A program made the translations under genes and the position numbers. Shown here in pieces: positions 1 through 8,078 of a stretch of DNA of 64,000 nt. Position 1 is the stretch's first letter; each line of letters begins with the position of its first letter. The DNA is taken from IMG/VR virus record IMGVR_UViG_3300037086_000360, positions 186,001 through 250,000 of that record; one strand, 5' to 3'. Under the pieces are notes generated by a model. The model did no database searches. It worked only from the letters and a program-made list of their open reading frames with translations, and was not told where the DNA came from.

Positions 1-2
1 AG

Positions 3-389
3 CAAGTGATAGTTGTAAGAAAAGATCTCAATATGAGAAAGGGCAAGATGGTAGCTCAAAGTTGTCATGCTTCAATGAAAGTGTTCTTCGATAGAATAAA
101 ATTTGTAACTGATCATGATGGTAGAAAATACTACGAGATTCCATTTATCTCTTCTCAAGTAGATGAATGGATAGGCGGTCTTTTTACTAAGATTGTTGTT
201 TCTGTTGATTCTGAGGAAGAAGTTCTTCAGCTTCAAAAGAAAGCGGATGAAGCAGGTATCATAAACGCAGTAGTGACTGATGCCGGACTCACAGAATTCC
301 ATGGAATTCCAACCATCACTTGTATTTCAATTGGACCAGATGATCCAGAAAAAATTGACAAGATTACTGGAGAACTACCTCTTCTATGA
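3..389 (+). CDS. pth2: Peptidyl-tRNA hydrolase, PTH2 family (5' end outside window)
   Basis: QVIVVRKDLNMRKGKMVAQSCHAS, TKIVV, DAGLTEF, TCISIGP are PTH2 signature motifs; frame is open to the left edge. Confidence 0.92.
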   Translation, partial: QVIVVRKDLNMRKGKMVAQSCHASMKVFFDRIKFVTDHDGRKYYEIPFISSQVDEWIGGLFTKIVVSVDSEEEVLQLQKKADEAGIINAVVTDAGLTEFHGIPTITCISIGPDDPEKIDKITGELPLL

Positions 390-610
390 TAGAAGAAGGG
401 TTGGAATGGCTGTCGCAGACAGATGAAGAAATTGTCGAAGAAGCCAAACGACTTTTATGTCCGTTGCCATTTACTCATTTTAACAATGTAACCGTACTTG
501 ATAAGAAGCACTTTCTTTTTTCTTTTGCCGACAATACATGCCAAATTGCAATTCTCGTAGGGGACATTGTTACGCTTGGACCAAGAATTCCGTTTGCTGA
601 ACGTACATGA
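386..610 (+). CDS. Hypothetical protein
   Basis: ORF overlaps the pth2 stop (ATGA). Confidence 0.55.
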   Translation: MIEEGLEWLSQTDEEIVEEAKRLLCPLPFTHFNNVTVLDKKHFLFSFADNTCQIAILVGDIVTLGPRIPFAERT

Positions 611-632
611 AAAAAGAAAATTAAGAAGGGAG

Positions 633-781
633 ATATGCAGCGGTAGATAGAGTTTCATCAACCCAAACCGGAAGTTGCCAGTTCGAATCTGGTCAAGTGA
701 ATGCATCAATAAGTGGTTCACTTGTAGTTCAATTGGATAGAACGCCAGTCGTATTAGACTTTATTTAAAAAATTCGCATAT
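633..781 (+). ncRNA. YrlA/Y-RNA-like ncRNA with circularly permuted tRNA module
   Basis: Order: T-arm GCCAG-TTCGAAT-CTGGT (677-693), closed acceptor-like stem CAAGTGAA/TTCACTTG, D-arm TAGTTCAATTGGATAGAAC; enclosed by TAGATAGAGTTT/AGACTTTATTTA and terminal ATATGC/GCATAT. Confidence 0.75.
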
Positions 782-790
782 TTTCTTTTA

Positions 791-1027
791 ATGGACGAAG
801 CCCTTTGTGCTAAGAATCTAATGCTCGAAAGAGATTGTGCAAAATGTCGCATTGCGAGAGACACTTATCTCGATTTTGTCGATAATTGGAAACAAATCAA
901 TGAAGAGCTTCAGAAGCAAGGATGCATTGGTTCATTTAAATTGAAATCAGATGGGACCGAATATGAGTTTTGGGGTCCGCAAGTTGGAGTTTGTGATCAC
1001 TACATCCCTTTCAAAGGGAAAGAATAA
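791..1027 (+). CDS. Small Cys-rich hypothetical protein
   Basis: ORF with CxxC and other Cys, 15 nt after a GCATA motif. Confidence 0.55.
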   Translation: MDEALCAKNLMLERDCAKCRIARDTYLDFVDNWKQINEELQKQGCIGSFKLKSDGTEYEFWGPQVGVCDHYIPFKGKE

Positions 1028-1056
1028 GTGATTTCGACATAGAATAAAGATAATAC

Positions 1057-1203
1057 AGTATGCAGCGGGGTTAGAGTTACATCAATAGGAACCGGCGCCG
1101 TAAGGCATGTTGGTTCGAGACCAACCTCACTCAGTAATGGGTGAGTGGTGAAATTGGCAGACACACTGGTAAAAGAAAAAACTCTTTCTAGAATTCGCAT
1201 ACT
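1057..1203 (+). ncRNA. Second YrlA/Y-RNA-like ncRNA (tRNA-Leu-like permuted module)
   Basis: Shares 5' ATGCAGCGG..TAGAGTT.CATCAA and 3' AATTCGCATA with 633-781; variable arm GCCGTAAGGC, T-arm GTTGG-TTCGAGA-CCAAC, closed stem CTCACTCA-GTAA-TGGGTGAG, D-arm TGGTGAAATTGGCAGACAC. Confidence 0.78.
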
Positions 1204-1242
1204 ATTTTATAAAGTCGCGGGAAACCGCAAAAGGAGAACAAA

Positions 1243-1509
1243 ATGTTTGACATCGTATTGGCTGCCATTTCAGCAGTCATCGCCGTCGGAGTAATCCAGT
1301 TCCTCAAGAACGTTTGGAAGACGGCTCCTCGCTGGGTATGGCAAGTCGCTCTACCAGTCCTAGTCGTTGCACTAGTATTGGTTCTGTCACTCATTCCGGC
1401 ATGGCTAGTGGTTATGCTTCTTGCTTTGGCTATTGCCCAGCTTGGGTATGAGACCATTGTCAAGTTGCTCATTAGCGTCTACCAGAAGTTTTTCCCACCA
1501 AAGGCCTAA
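1243..1509 (+). CDS. Small membrane protein (holin-like)
   Basis: AAGGAG RBS; 2-3 hydrophobic segments and a basic C-terminus. Confidence 0.55.
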   Translation: MFDIVLAAISAVIAVGVIQFLKNVWKTAPRWVWQVALPVLVVALVLVLSLIPAWLVVMLLALAIAQLGYETIVKLLISVYQKFFPPKA

Positions 1510-1519
1510 ATGATCATTT

Positions 1520-1549
1520 GAACTGGCTCCACACGGAGCCAGTTCTTTT
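1520..1549 (+). terminator. Intrinsic terminator
   Basis: GAACTGGCTCC-ACAC-GGAGCCAGTTC followed by TTTT. Confidence 0.8.
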
Positions 1550-1624
1550 CTCTAATAATAGTGCCCTTCAATAAGGTTGTTGAAGGCTCGTTTTATCTCC
1601 AACGTATATCGAAGGAGGTATTAC

Positions 1625-2065
1625 GTGAAAAAAATGTTTTTGTTTTTATTGCTTTTGGTAGCATCTTTTTCTTTACTGATAATGGCCTGTCCAACGACAG
1701 CCACATTAATTTCTGGATTCGTTGTCAGCGGAGCTGCCACGACGAATGGTTTCAGCATAGATTCAACTATTCCAGCCACTATATCCATAGTGGGCCCCCC
1801 AAATCTTTCTTTAAACATTCCATCTCCACCATCAACTTCAGTCTCTTATTCAGTTCCAAATGTTCCGGCCGGAACCTATTCATTCTCCATAAATCTTTCC
1901 ACCGTTGGTACGGTTGGAACTATTGGAGTTAATGAAACCATAGGTGGAGTGCCACAGAGTTATTTTACCGTTTCTCCTGGATCTCCAAATCTTACACTCA
2001 TGTTATCTAGTTTAGTAATAAATTCAAACGAAACAATAAATATAAGTCTGACAAACGCGAGTTAG
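1625..2065 (+). CDS. Putative lipoprotein
   Basis: GGAGGT RBS and GTG start; signal peptide ends in LLIMA-C lipobox; Ser/Thr-rich beta-type mature part. Confidence 0.65.
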   Translation: MKKMFLFLLLLVASFSLLIMACPTTATLISGFVVSGAATTNGFSIDSTIPATISIVGPPNLSLNIPSPPSTSVSYSVPNVPAGTYSFSINLSTVGTVGTIGVNETIGGVPQSYFTVSPGSPNLTLMLSSLVINSNETINISLTNAS

Positions 2066-2112
2066 GAGACCATAGGCGATTCGCATATTTATTTAGTAAA
2101 TAGGAGGCACCT

Positions 2113-2313
2113 ATGAAAAGAGTCCTTATCAACAATATGATGTGCGATAATTGTGTGCATTTTGTCAAAAAGTCTTTGACGAAAGCTGGTGGAAACGTAA
2201 CTGGTGCAGTAGTTGGAGAAGTTTTTGTCGATCGGCTTTCTGATGACCAAATAAGAAAGGCTGTAGAAGAGGACGACATCTACAAGGTCAGGGAGATTCG
2301 TGAGGTCAAGTAA
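2113..2313 (+). CDS. Heavy-metal-associated (HMA/CopZ-like) domain protein
   Basis: MMCDNCV metal-binding motif; 66 aa; AGGAGG RBS. Confidence 0.75.
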   Translation: MKRVLINNMMCDNCVHFVKKSLTKAGGNVTGAVVGEVFVDRLSDDQIRKAVEEDDIYKVREIREVK

Positions 2314-2327
2314 AGAAAGATAACTAC

Positions 2328-2837
2328 ATGCCATTCAATCGTAAGTGCTCATGGTGTGGGGATCCTCTCACAGAGGATCCCTCTCTTTATCCTGATCAAC
2401 ATATAACTTCACATGGCATTTGTGATAAATGTTCCTTTTATTTAGACGGCGAAAAAGCACGTCTTTCTGAATTTATTTCTTCTTTTGATCACCCAATCCT
2501 CGTAATGGATGCTGAAGTGAGGGCTGCTTTTGCGAACGATTCTCTTTTAAGCCTTCTTGCAAAGAGCTTAGAAAGCGTTGAAGGTAAGCTGGGTGGTGAA
2601 GTGATTGAATGTCAACATTCTCGTTCTCCAGAAAAATGTGGTAGAACTGATCATTGTTCTGGATGTGCGTTGAGAATGGCAGTTACACACACGATGAATA
2701 CTGGTGAACCCCACGAGCATGTTAAATCATTTCATATCATAATGAATTCCGACAATACCACCAAGAAAGTAAATCTTTTCTTTTCTACAGAGAAAATAAA
2801 CAACTATGTTTTGGTAACGATTGAAAAGATAGAATAG
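2328..2837 (+). CDS. PAS-like domain protein with N-terminal Zn-binding motif
   Basis: CSWC..SHGICDKC; PAS-like ILVMDAEVRAAFAN; GEVIEC..CG...C..C pattern. Confidence 0.6.
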   Translation: MPFNRKCSWCGDPLTEDPSLYPDQHITSHGICDKCSFYLDGEKARLSEFISSFDHPILVMDAEVRAAFANDSLLSLLAKSLESVEGKLGGEVIECQHSRSPEKCGRTDHCSGCALRMAVTHTMNTGEPHEHVKSFHIIMNSDNTTKKVNLFFSTEKINNYVLVTIEKIE

Positions 2838-2848
2838 AAGGAGAAAAT

Positions 2849-3202
2849 ATGAGCACACTTGCGACGAATAATGTTGTGGAGTATCTTGAAAACATTGATG
2901 ATTATGAAGAAATGGAAACCTTGGACTATGCAGATCCAAACAATAATCGAGGGGTTCCATTTCTAGTTGAGCGACACATGTCGATTCCTTGGGCCAAGGC
3001 AGCAAATGCCAAAGAAGGATGGGTTGATGTTTATGTGGCTCTTGGAATTGATACTGGTGGTAGTTTCTTTGTTCCAGCAATCGATGCTGAGAAGAGAGAG
3101 GCGATAATCCATAGAGTCTATGGCAACATCAAGATTTTGAAAGTAGAAGTTCAAGGGCCTCAAACTGCTGGATATGTCAAAAAGACAGCCGCTGTTGCAT
3201 AG
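2849..3202 (+). CDS. Hypothetical protein
   Basis: AAGGAG RBS, 117 aa. Confidence 0.65.
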   Translation: MSTLATNNVVEYLENIDDYEEMETLDYADPNNNRGVPFLVERHMSIPWAKAANAKEGWVDVYVALGIDTGGSFFVPAIDAEKREAIIHRVYGNIKILKVEVQGPQTAGYVKKTAAVA

Positions 3203-3208
3203 TTTTTA

Positions 3209-3397
3209 TTGATGAAGAAAACATTTCTCATTTTGTCGTATGTTGGCGTCCTTGCTTCTCTAGCTCTTTTTATCAGAGCTATGGAAATACATATTGGTCT
3301 TTGGTGGATTCTCGGAGCTGTTCTTGTTTATTCATTATCAGCATCTTATTTGGTAAATCGAATCGCCAAACACTTCATAAAACTGGACTATCAGTAA
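3209..3397 (+). CDS. Small membrane protein
   Basis: Two hydrophobic helices. Confidence 0.5.
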   Translation: MMKKTFLILSYVGVLASLALFIRAMEIHIGLWWILGAVLVYSLSASYLVNRIAKHFIKLDYQ

Positions 3398-3594
3398 TGA
3401 AGAAAAGAAAATCTCGCTACACAGATGCTCCTCCAGACGTCGCTGAAGAGATCAAAAATTCTGTTCCAATTGAAAACGATGGACCAACCCCAAATAAGAT
3501 GAAGGCGATTGTTTGCACCCCTTTTGTCCATTTTCACAAAGATGGGACTGTCACATCGGGGATCCATTTGGGTTATCTGAAGGATGAAAAGTGA
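3397..3594 (+). CDS. Hypothetical protein
   Basis: ATG overlaps the upstream stop (TAATG). Confidence 0.45.
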   Translation: MKKRKSRYTDAPPDVAEEIKNSVPIENDGPTPNKMKAIVCTPFVHFHKDGTVTSGIHLGYLKDEK

Positions 3595-3756
3595 GTGATA
3601 CAATAAACTGGGAAAAAGAATATAACGATCTTCTAGAAGGTGTTAGAACAACTCTTTCAGCTCTGTGTAGAGATTATCGAAAAAGAGAACCAGAGAAGGG
3701 CTGTAATTATCCAATGTGTCCCTTGTGCCAAAGTTTGAAAAACAAATGAGGTTTGA

Positions 3757-3987
3757 ATGAAGTGTCCAATCTGTGGGACGAAATTAGTGATTGAAAGATT
3801 CAGTCCGCATGGTCTTAGTTGGGCATATTGTCCGCCGTGGAACTATAGTCATGCCGTTGTTGAATCTAGATTTCGAATCATTGCTGTTTTTTTGCTTTAC
3901 TTGGATTGTCTAGTTCATAGACAGCACCACGTAGATCACATGTTAAAACGCTCTAGAGATTTACTTGAAGGTAAGGAGCATATTTGA
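3757..3987 (+). CDS. Small Zn-ribbon-like hypothetical protein
   Basis: MKCPICG start; GAGG RBS. Confidence 0.5.
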   Translation: MKCPICGTKLVIERFSPHGLSWAYCPPWNYSHAVVESRFRIIAVFLLYLDCLVHRQHHVDHMLKRSRDLLEGKEHI

Positions 3988-4000
3988 ATGTGTTTACCAT

Positions 4001-4076
4001 TCCCCTGTAGCTCAGTTGGTAGAGCGGCGCACTGTTAATGCGCATGTTCGGTGTTCGAGTCACCGCCGGGGAGCCA
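4001..4076 (+). tRNA. tRNA-Asn(GTT)
   Basis: Cloverleaf; anticodon arm GCGCA-CTGTTAA-TGCGC; T-arm CGGTG-TTCGAGT-CACCG; encoded CCA. Confidence 0.92.
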
Positions 4077-4095
4077 CTTTCATTTTAAGGATCCT

Positions 4096-4332
4096 ATGAT
4101 GAAAATAAACAAAGCCCTAAATCAGGCCTCCACTAGATCTTCCAAGGCTATTAAAATCAAAGAAATCACAAACTATGTCTACGACAAAATGATGGAAGGT
4201 GAGACGGAACATGATGGAGACTTCTGGGATCAAATCAATACCATCGTAAAAGAAAATTACAACGAAAAGCTAACCAAGAGAGCCTATGTCAGTATAGTAA
4301 AATCAGAGGGCTTTTTCGGAGATGATTTTTGA
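4096..4332 (+). CDS. Hypothetical protein
   Basis: ORF after the tRNA with AAGGA RBS. Confidence 0.55.
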   Translation: MMKINKALNQASTRSSKAIKIKEITNYVYDKMMEGETEHDGDFWDQINTIVKENYNEKLTKRAYVSIVKSEGFFGDDF

Positions 4333-4685
4333 AAAAGTTGTCGAAAAGAGAACTTAAATACAGAAGAAATATGAAGAAGGCCGGTTGGAAACTCGATTAT
4401 GATTCCAAGGGAAGCACCACTTGGAGTAAGCCTGTTTCCAGAGCTAATCGCAATGCCATGGCAAAAGCTAGCCTCGAAGGTGAAAAAATCAGAGCCAAGT
4501 TGGCCAAGGAATGGCTTATAAGCTTTTTGGTTTATGTCGGATTTGTCGTTATTTTGAACTTCGTTGTTGCAGACGGAGTTTTTGGAAAGATTCCACTTAG
4601 TTGGCAAATATTTATTGGAGGCCTTTCATTGATCAGCATTATAGGCCAAATCTTTGATCGAAAGAATAAGATTGGACTTTTATAG
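4329..4685 (+). CDS. Membrane protein
   Basis: Basic N-terminus, two C-terminal TM segments. Confidence 0.55.
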   Translation: MKKLSKRELKYRRNMKKAGWKLDYDSKGSTTWSKPVSRANRNAMAKASLEGEKIRAKLAKEWLISFLVYVGFVVILNFVVADGVFGKIPLSWQIFIGGLSLISIIGQIFDRKNKIGLL

Positions 4686-4702
4686 TCCTTGAGGAGAAGA
4701 AG

Positions 4703-5068
4703 ATGAAGATAAGAACTGGGTTCGTGTCTAATAGTTCCACTAGTTCATTTATTGCAGTTGGTTTTAAGTTTCCTGAAAAGCCCGCCAAGATTCCAAAGAA
4801 ATACAACGAAATGGTCAGAGTCGATAGAGAGAATGAAGAATATTTCTTCATTTCAGAGATCATCGGCTGGGAATATGGTGAAGAGCATAAGCTTGATGAT
4901 TACCAAAAGAAGTTCGATAAGGCAAAGACTTCTGCTGAAAGGGCCATGGCAGACTTTGATGTCGAGGCCAAGATTGCAGTCTATACAAACATGACTGATA
5001 TGGGTGGAGAATCATGGCTTCAGTATATGGACGAAGAAGACGAGGAAGAGGAAGATGAGATTTCCTAA
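4703..5068 (+). CDS. Conserved phage protein with N-terminal MKIRxGFVSNSSxSSF motif
   Basis: MKIRTGFVSNSSTSSF, a motif recurrent in large phage genomes; GAGGAG RBS. Confidence 0.7.
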   Translation: MKIRTGFVSNSSTSSFIAVGFKFPEKPAKIPKKYNEMVRVDRENEEYFFISEIIGWEYGEEHKLDDYQKKFDKAKTSAERAMADFDVEAKIAVYTNMTDMGGESWLQYMDEEDEEEEDEIS

Positions 5069-5450
5069 AAAGGTTGCCTCTCTAGAGAAAATCACCCTCC
5101 TCATCAATGGTCATAAGATTCGCACAGAAGTTGCGCGAACAGACGAAGAAAAAGAACATGGTTTAATGGGAAGAAAAGACTTGGGTCCTCGAGACGCTAT
5201 GCTTTTCATCGAAGATAGTCGTCCGTCTCTCTGGATGAAAGACACTCCCACAGCTCTTTCTGCTGCTTGGGTGTCTGCTAAGGGAAAGATCCTTGGCATT
5301 GTTGATATGGAGCCCCTTTCAGAAGAAATCTATGTTTCACCACTTCATACTCACTTTGCAATTGAAATGCGCCAAGGCGCTTTTGCAGCCCTTGGAATTG
5401 AAAGGGGTGCGATGGTTATTTTTCCACTCGGATTTCAGGTAAAGAAGTAA
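5055..5450 (+). CDS. DUF192 family protein
   Basis: EVARTDEEKEHGLMGR, MLF, WMKDT, AIEM..G motifs. Confidence 0.85.
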   Translation: MRFPKKVASLEKITLLINGHKIRTEVARTDEEKEHGLMGRKDLGPRDAMLFIEDSRPSLWMKDTPTALSAAWVSAKGKILGIVDMEPLSEEIYVSPLHTHFAIEMRQGAFAALGIERGAMVIFPLGFQVKK

Positions 5451-5662
5451 TGTGCATAGATGGCAAGAAACATTCTTTAATCGAAATCTATAGCTCTGGC
5501 AGTGACGCAGAGGCAGACGTCATAAGATGGTGTTACGAATGTGGAGCAATTGTGGTCGATACCGACTATGATGGAAGAACTAATGCTGGCGCTGTGTTTG
5601 CAATGAGACGCCCTAATAATTTTGTAAAAACGAAAAAGACGGAAACAGGCATTAATAGATAA
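5450..5662 (+). CDS. Small hypothetical protein (WCxxCG motif)
   Basis: RWCYECGA; translationally coupled. Confidence 0.55.
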   Translation: MCIDGKKHSLIEIYSSGSDAEADVIRWCYECGAIVVDTDYDGRTNAGAVFAMRRPNNFVKTKKTETGINR

Positions 5663-5679
5663 AAAAGTAGGAGATAAAA

Positions 5680-5910
5680 ATGAGCACGCTTTCAACAGAC
5701 AACATCGAATTAGTAGAAAGATTTCAAAACATGGTTTCGACACAATTGGACCTTATTGAGAGATATTCTCGAAAAGGCAGCTCGGTCGCAGGTCTCAACA
5801 ATAAGCTTGACGTCCAGCTTGGAAATCTGATTGCTGGACTTGGTAGATTTACACGCCATTTCGAGCAGAGCCCCGTGGTTGATGAAAAGAAATCTGCAAA
5901 AAAGTCGTAG
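5680..5910 (+). CDS. Hypothetical protein
   Basis: AGGAG RBS. Confidence 0.6.
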   Translation: MSTLSTDNIELVERFQNMVSTQLDLIERYSRKGSSVAGLNNKLDVQLGNLIAGLGRFTRHFEQSPVVDEKKSAKKS

Positions 5911-5949
5911 ATCTTGCATACTTCTATTCGAAAGGCAAAGATAAGAACG

Positions 5950-6072
5950 ATGTCGTAGATTTCTTCTTCTACTACTAACTCTCGCCACTCAATTCTAAAT
6001 CACAACACAGAACCGATTTTCTCACAAACCAGGAGGTTATCTATGTCATAGACATTAATGCCACCTCCTTGA
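5950..6072 (+). promoter_or_regulatory. Putative translational leader with two in-frame Met-Ser-amber minigenes, ending PPP-stop
   Basis: One frame: ATG TCG TAG ... AGG AGG TTA TCT ATG TCA TAG ACA TTA ATG CCA CCT CCT TGA; AGGAGGT (6031-37) pairs with ACCTCCT (6063-69). Confidence 0.6.
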
Positions 6073-6117
6073 CGTTTGTCGTCGTCTGATCACAACACAA
6101 ACTAAAGGAGAAAAACA

Positions 6118-6645
6118 ATGGAAACCACCACTGTTGAAAAAAAGGTCTTCACCCCCAGGAATTACATTTGCAGCAAGGAGAAATACCTTGAGCTTAGGGC
6201 TCTTCAGAAAAAGACGATCGAAATTGGAAGACTCGATCGTCAGGCCAAGGCTGCATACATCGCTGCTCGTCGTAAGTTTTATCACGACAAGGGCATGACT
6301 GCTCCTAACCATTGGGGCTACGATGAAAAGAAAAACGTAGCGATTGATTATGACAAGGAAAACGGGTTCAAATACGATGGACTTCAGTCTGGATTTTCCG
6401 ACAAAGAGAAAGCCCGTTATTTGAACATCATTTACGGTATTGCCCGTGGAAAACCCTATGATAAAATTGAGCAAAGAATCACTGAGGGCAATGAGATCAG
6501 TGAATACCGTGTAGAGAAGTATTGTAAGCAGTTTGGAATCGATTTCTCCGCGGTAAAGGGTTTTATTTGGCCTTACAACACCGAGAAGGTTCTACCCAAA
6601 GATGGACTTGGCAAGACCACTCTCAAGATCACGAGGAAGGCATAA
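6118..6645 (+). CDS. Conserved phage hypothetical protein (RxxxIxYGxxRGKPYxxIE motif)
   Basis: ARYLNIIYGIARGKPYDKIE; AAGGAG RBS. Confidence 0.7.
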   Translation: METTTVEKKVFTPRNYICSKEKYLELRALQKKTIEIGRLDRQAKAAYIAARRKFYHDKGMTAPNHWGYDEKKNVAIDYDKENGFKYDGLQSGFSDKEKARYLNIIYGIARGKPYDKIEQRITEGNEISEYRVEKYCKQFGIDFSAVKGFIWPYNTEKVLPKDGLGKTTLKITRKA

Positions 6646-6646
6646 A

Positions 6647-7009
6647 ATGGCAGATGAAGTCAAACAGGTGATTGTGGTAAATATGGCCGTTCCATTTCCT
6701 CTCGGAAGATTGATGGCTCAAATTGCTCATGCTTCCATGCTCAACATCGTTAATCGTGGAACTTGGAATGGAGACAAGTTTTCCATTGATGCGGACGATT
6801 TGGCCCTAAGATTTTGGCTTAAGGATCATTATACAAAAGTCGTATGCAAGGCTTGGGGCAAGGAGCAGATGATGAAGATCAAAGCTGAAGCTGAGAAAAG
6901 AAAACTTTACGTTGCGCTAATGGAGGAAGAGGGGTTTATTACAGCACTCGCTATTGGTCCTGCGGATGTGAAAGATCTTTCTTTCACTGACACTTTAGCA
7001 TTGGTATGA
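6647..7009 (+). CDS. Divergent PTH2-family peptidyl-tRNA hydrolase
   Basis: KQVIVVN, GRLMAQIAHAS, TKVV, TALAIGP; lacks the canonical DAGxT motif. Confidence 0.8.
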   Translation: MADEVKQVIVVNMAVPFPLGRLMAQIAHASMLNIVNRGTWNGDKFSIDADDLALRFWLKDHYTKVVCKAWGKEQMMKIKAEAEKRKLYVALMEEEGFITALAIGPADVKDLSFTDTLALV

Positions 7010-7037
7010 ATGTGGCGGAGCTGGTCTCCGCCACGTT

Positions 7038-7110
7038 CTCGCTGTAGCTCGAATCTTGGTAGAGCACCCGGTCAGCCGGGAGGTTGGAGGTCCGAATCCT
7101 TCTGGCGAGG
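7038..7110 (+). tRNA. tRNA-like element with 4-nt anticodon loop
   Basis: Acceptor CTCGCTG/TGGCGAG, D-arm, T-arm GGAGG-TCCGAAT-CCTTC; anticodon arm CCCGG-TCAG-CCGGG. Confidence 0.7.
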
Positions 7111-7117
7111 TTTTCTT

Positions 7118-7193
7118 TCCGCTGTAGCTCGAATTTGGCAGAGCGTCTAGTCGAAAGATTAGAAGGTTGGAGGTTCAAGTCCTTCCGGCGGAG
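7118..7193 (+). tRNA. tRNA-like element with GAAA tetraloop replacing the anticodon loop
   Basis: Acceptor TCCGCTG/CGGCGGA; arm TCTAGTC-GAAA-GATTAGA; T-arm GGAGG-TTCAAGT-CCTTC. Confidence 0.7.
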
Positions 7194-7216
7194 TTATTTT
7201 GCATATGTCTTTATAT

Positions 7217-7288
7217 CTCTTCGTAGCTCAACGGTAGAGCAAGAATCCCTAAAATTCTAGGTCGCGGGCTCGACACCCGCCGGAGAGG
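7217..7288 (+). tRNA. tRNA with CTA anticodon (amber suppressor-like; atypical C33 and T-loop)
   Basis: Acceptor CTCTTCG/CGGAGAG; anticodon arm AGAAT-CCCTAAA-ATTCT; T-arm GCGGG-CTCGACA-CCCGC. Confidence 0.65.
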
Positions 7289-7292
7289 CCTT

Positions 7293-7366
7293 GGTCCTGT
7301 AGCTCAGATGGTCAGAGCAACGGATTCTAACCCCGTCGGTCGAGGGTTCGAGCCCCTCCAGGATCT
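7293..7366 (+). tRNA. tRNA with CTA anticodon (amber suppressor-like, Arg-like body)
   Basis: Acceptor GGTCCTG/CAGGATC; 17-nt arm ACGGA-TTCTAAC-CCCGT puts CTA at 34-36; T-arm GAGGG-TTCGAGC-CCCTC. Confidence 0.7.
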
Positions 7367-7867
7367 CTAGATAGTTGGATCGTGAAGTTTTTTGATTGCG
7401 TATGAGAATGCGCTATAAAAGTCTTTTGAAGAAACCCACTTATTCCTTAGAATTACCCTTTCACTTTCTTCATCGAAGAAAACACGGATCAAATCTTTAG
7501 CATTTTTCAACATCCATTTATCATATCTATGAATTCGTTTTGCCAAGTATGTGTAAGCAATGTCGAACATTAGTTCATAATCTTTTTCAGTTTGTACTGG
7601 TGGTAAATCTTTTTTGACTCTATATGGTCTGAGATTTCTCCACTTACTCGTTGCACTTGGCCAATTTGTTTCAGCAGAATAGCCTCTAATCACACCCTGC
7701 GCAAATACCGTGATTTTGTCATCAGCTACATCAGGATTGCCACTGAAGTCAATGTTTCCATGACTGAGTTGGGCTGGAGTGGTAGTATCTCGCCAACCAA
7801 GAGAAATGATATCTTTATACGATGGCAACTGTTTGATTTTTTCATGGTCAAAATTGAAATGTTTCAT
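7367..7867 (-). CDS. Hypothetical protein
   Basis: Minus-strand ORF MKHFNFDHEK...; AAGATAA motif just upstream on the minus strand (7873-7879). Confidence 0.65.
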   Translation of the reverse strand: MKHFNFDHEKIKQLPSYKDIISLGWRDTTTPAQLSHGNIDFSGNPDVADDKITVFAQGVIRGYSAETNWPSATSKWRNLRPYRVKKDLPPVQTEKDYELMFDIAYTYLAKRIHRYDKWMLKNAKDLIRVFFDEESERVILRNKWVSSKDFYSAFSYAIKKLHDPTI

Positions 7868-8078
7868 ATGATTTATCTTACTTACTTTGAGCATATATCT
7901 TATCGTGAAAGACCAGTTTTCTGACTTGATCAAGAACGCTCGTCGCCAAGCCCAGAGAAAGGCCAAAAAGGAAGGTGATAAAAGCCCCAATGATGGGGAA
8001 GTTGCCTCCTGGGCAAGCGGTTTCATCGAGGGTTTCGACTTCTTGGCAGAAAAACTAAACAAAGAGAAGGAGTAACTG

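Noticed and set aside
635-1200. Ordinary tRNA genes or theta/HDV-like ribozymes
   Set aside because: tRNA halves are in reversed order with no anticodon loop or free acceptor end, and no HDV-like nested pseudoknot could be drawn.
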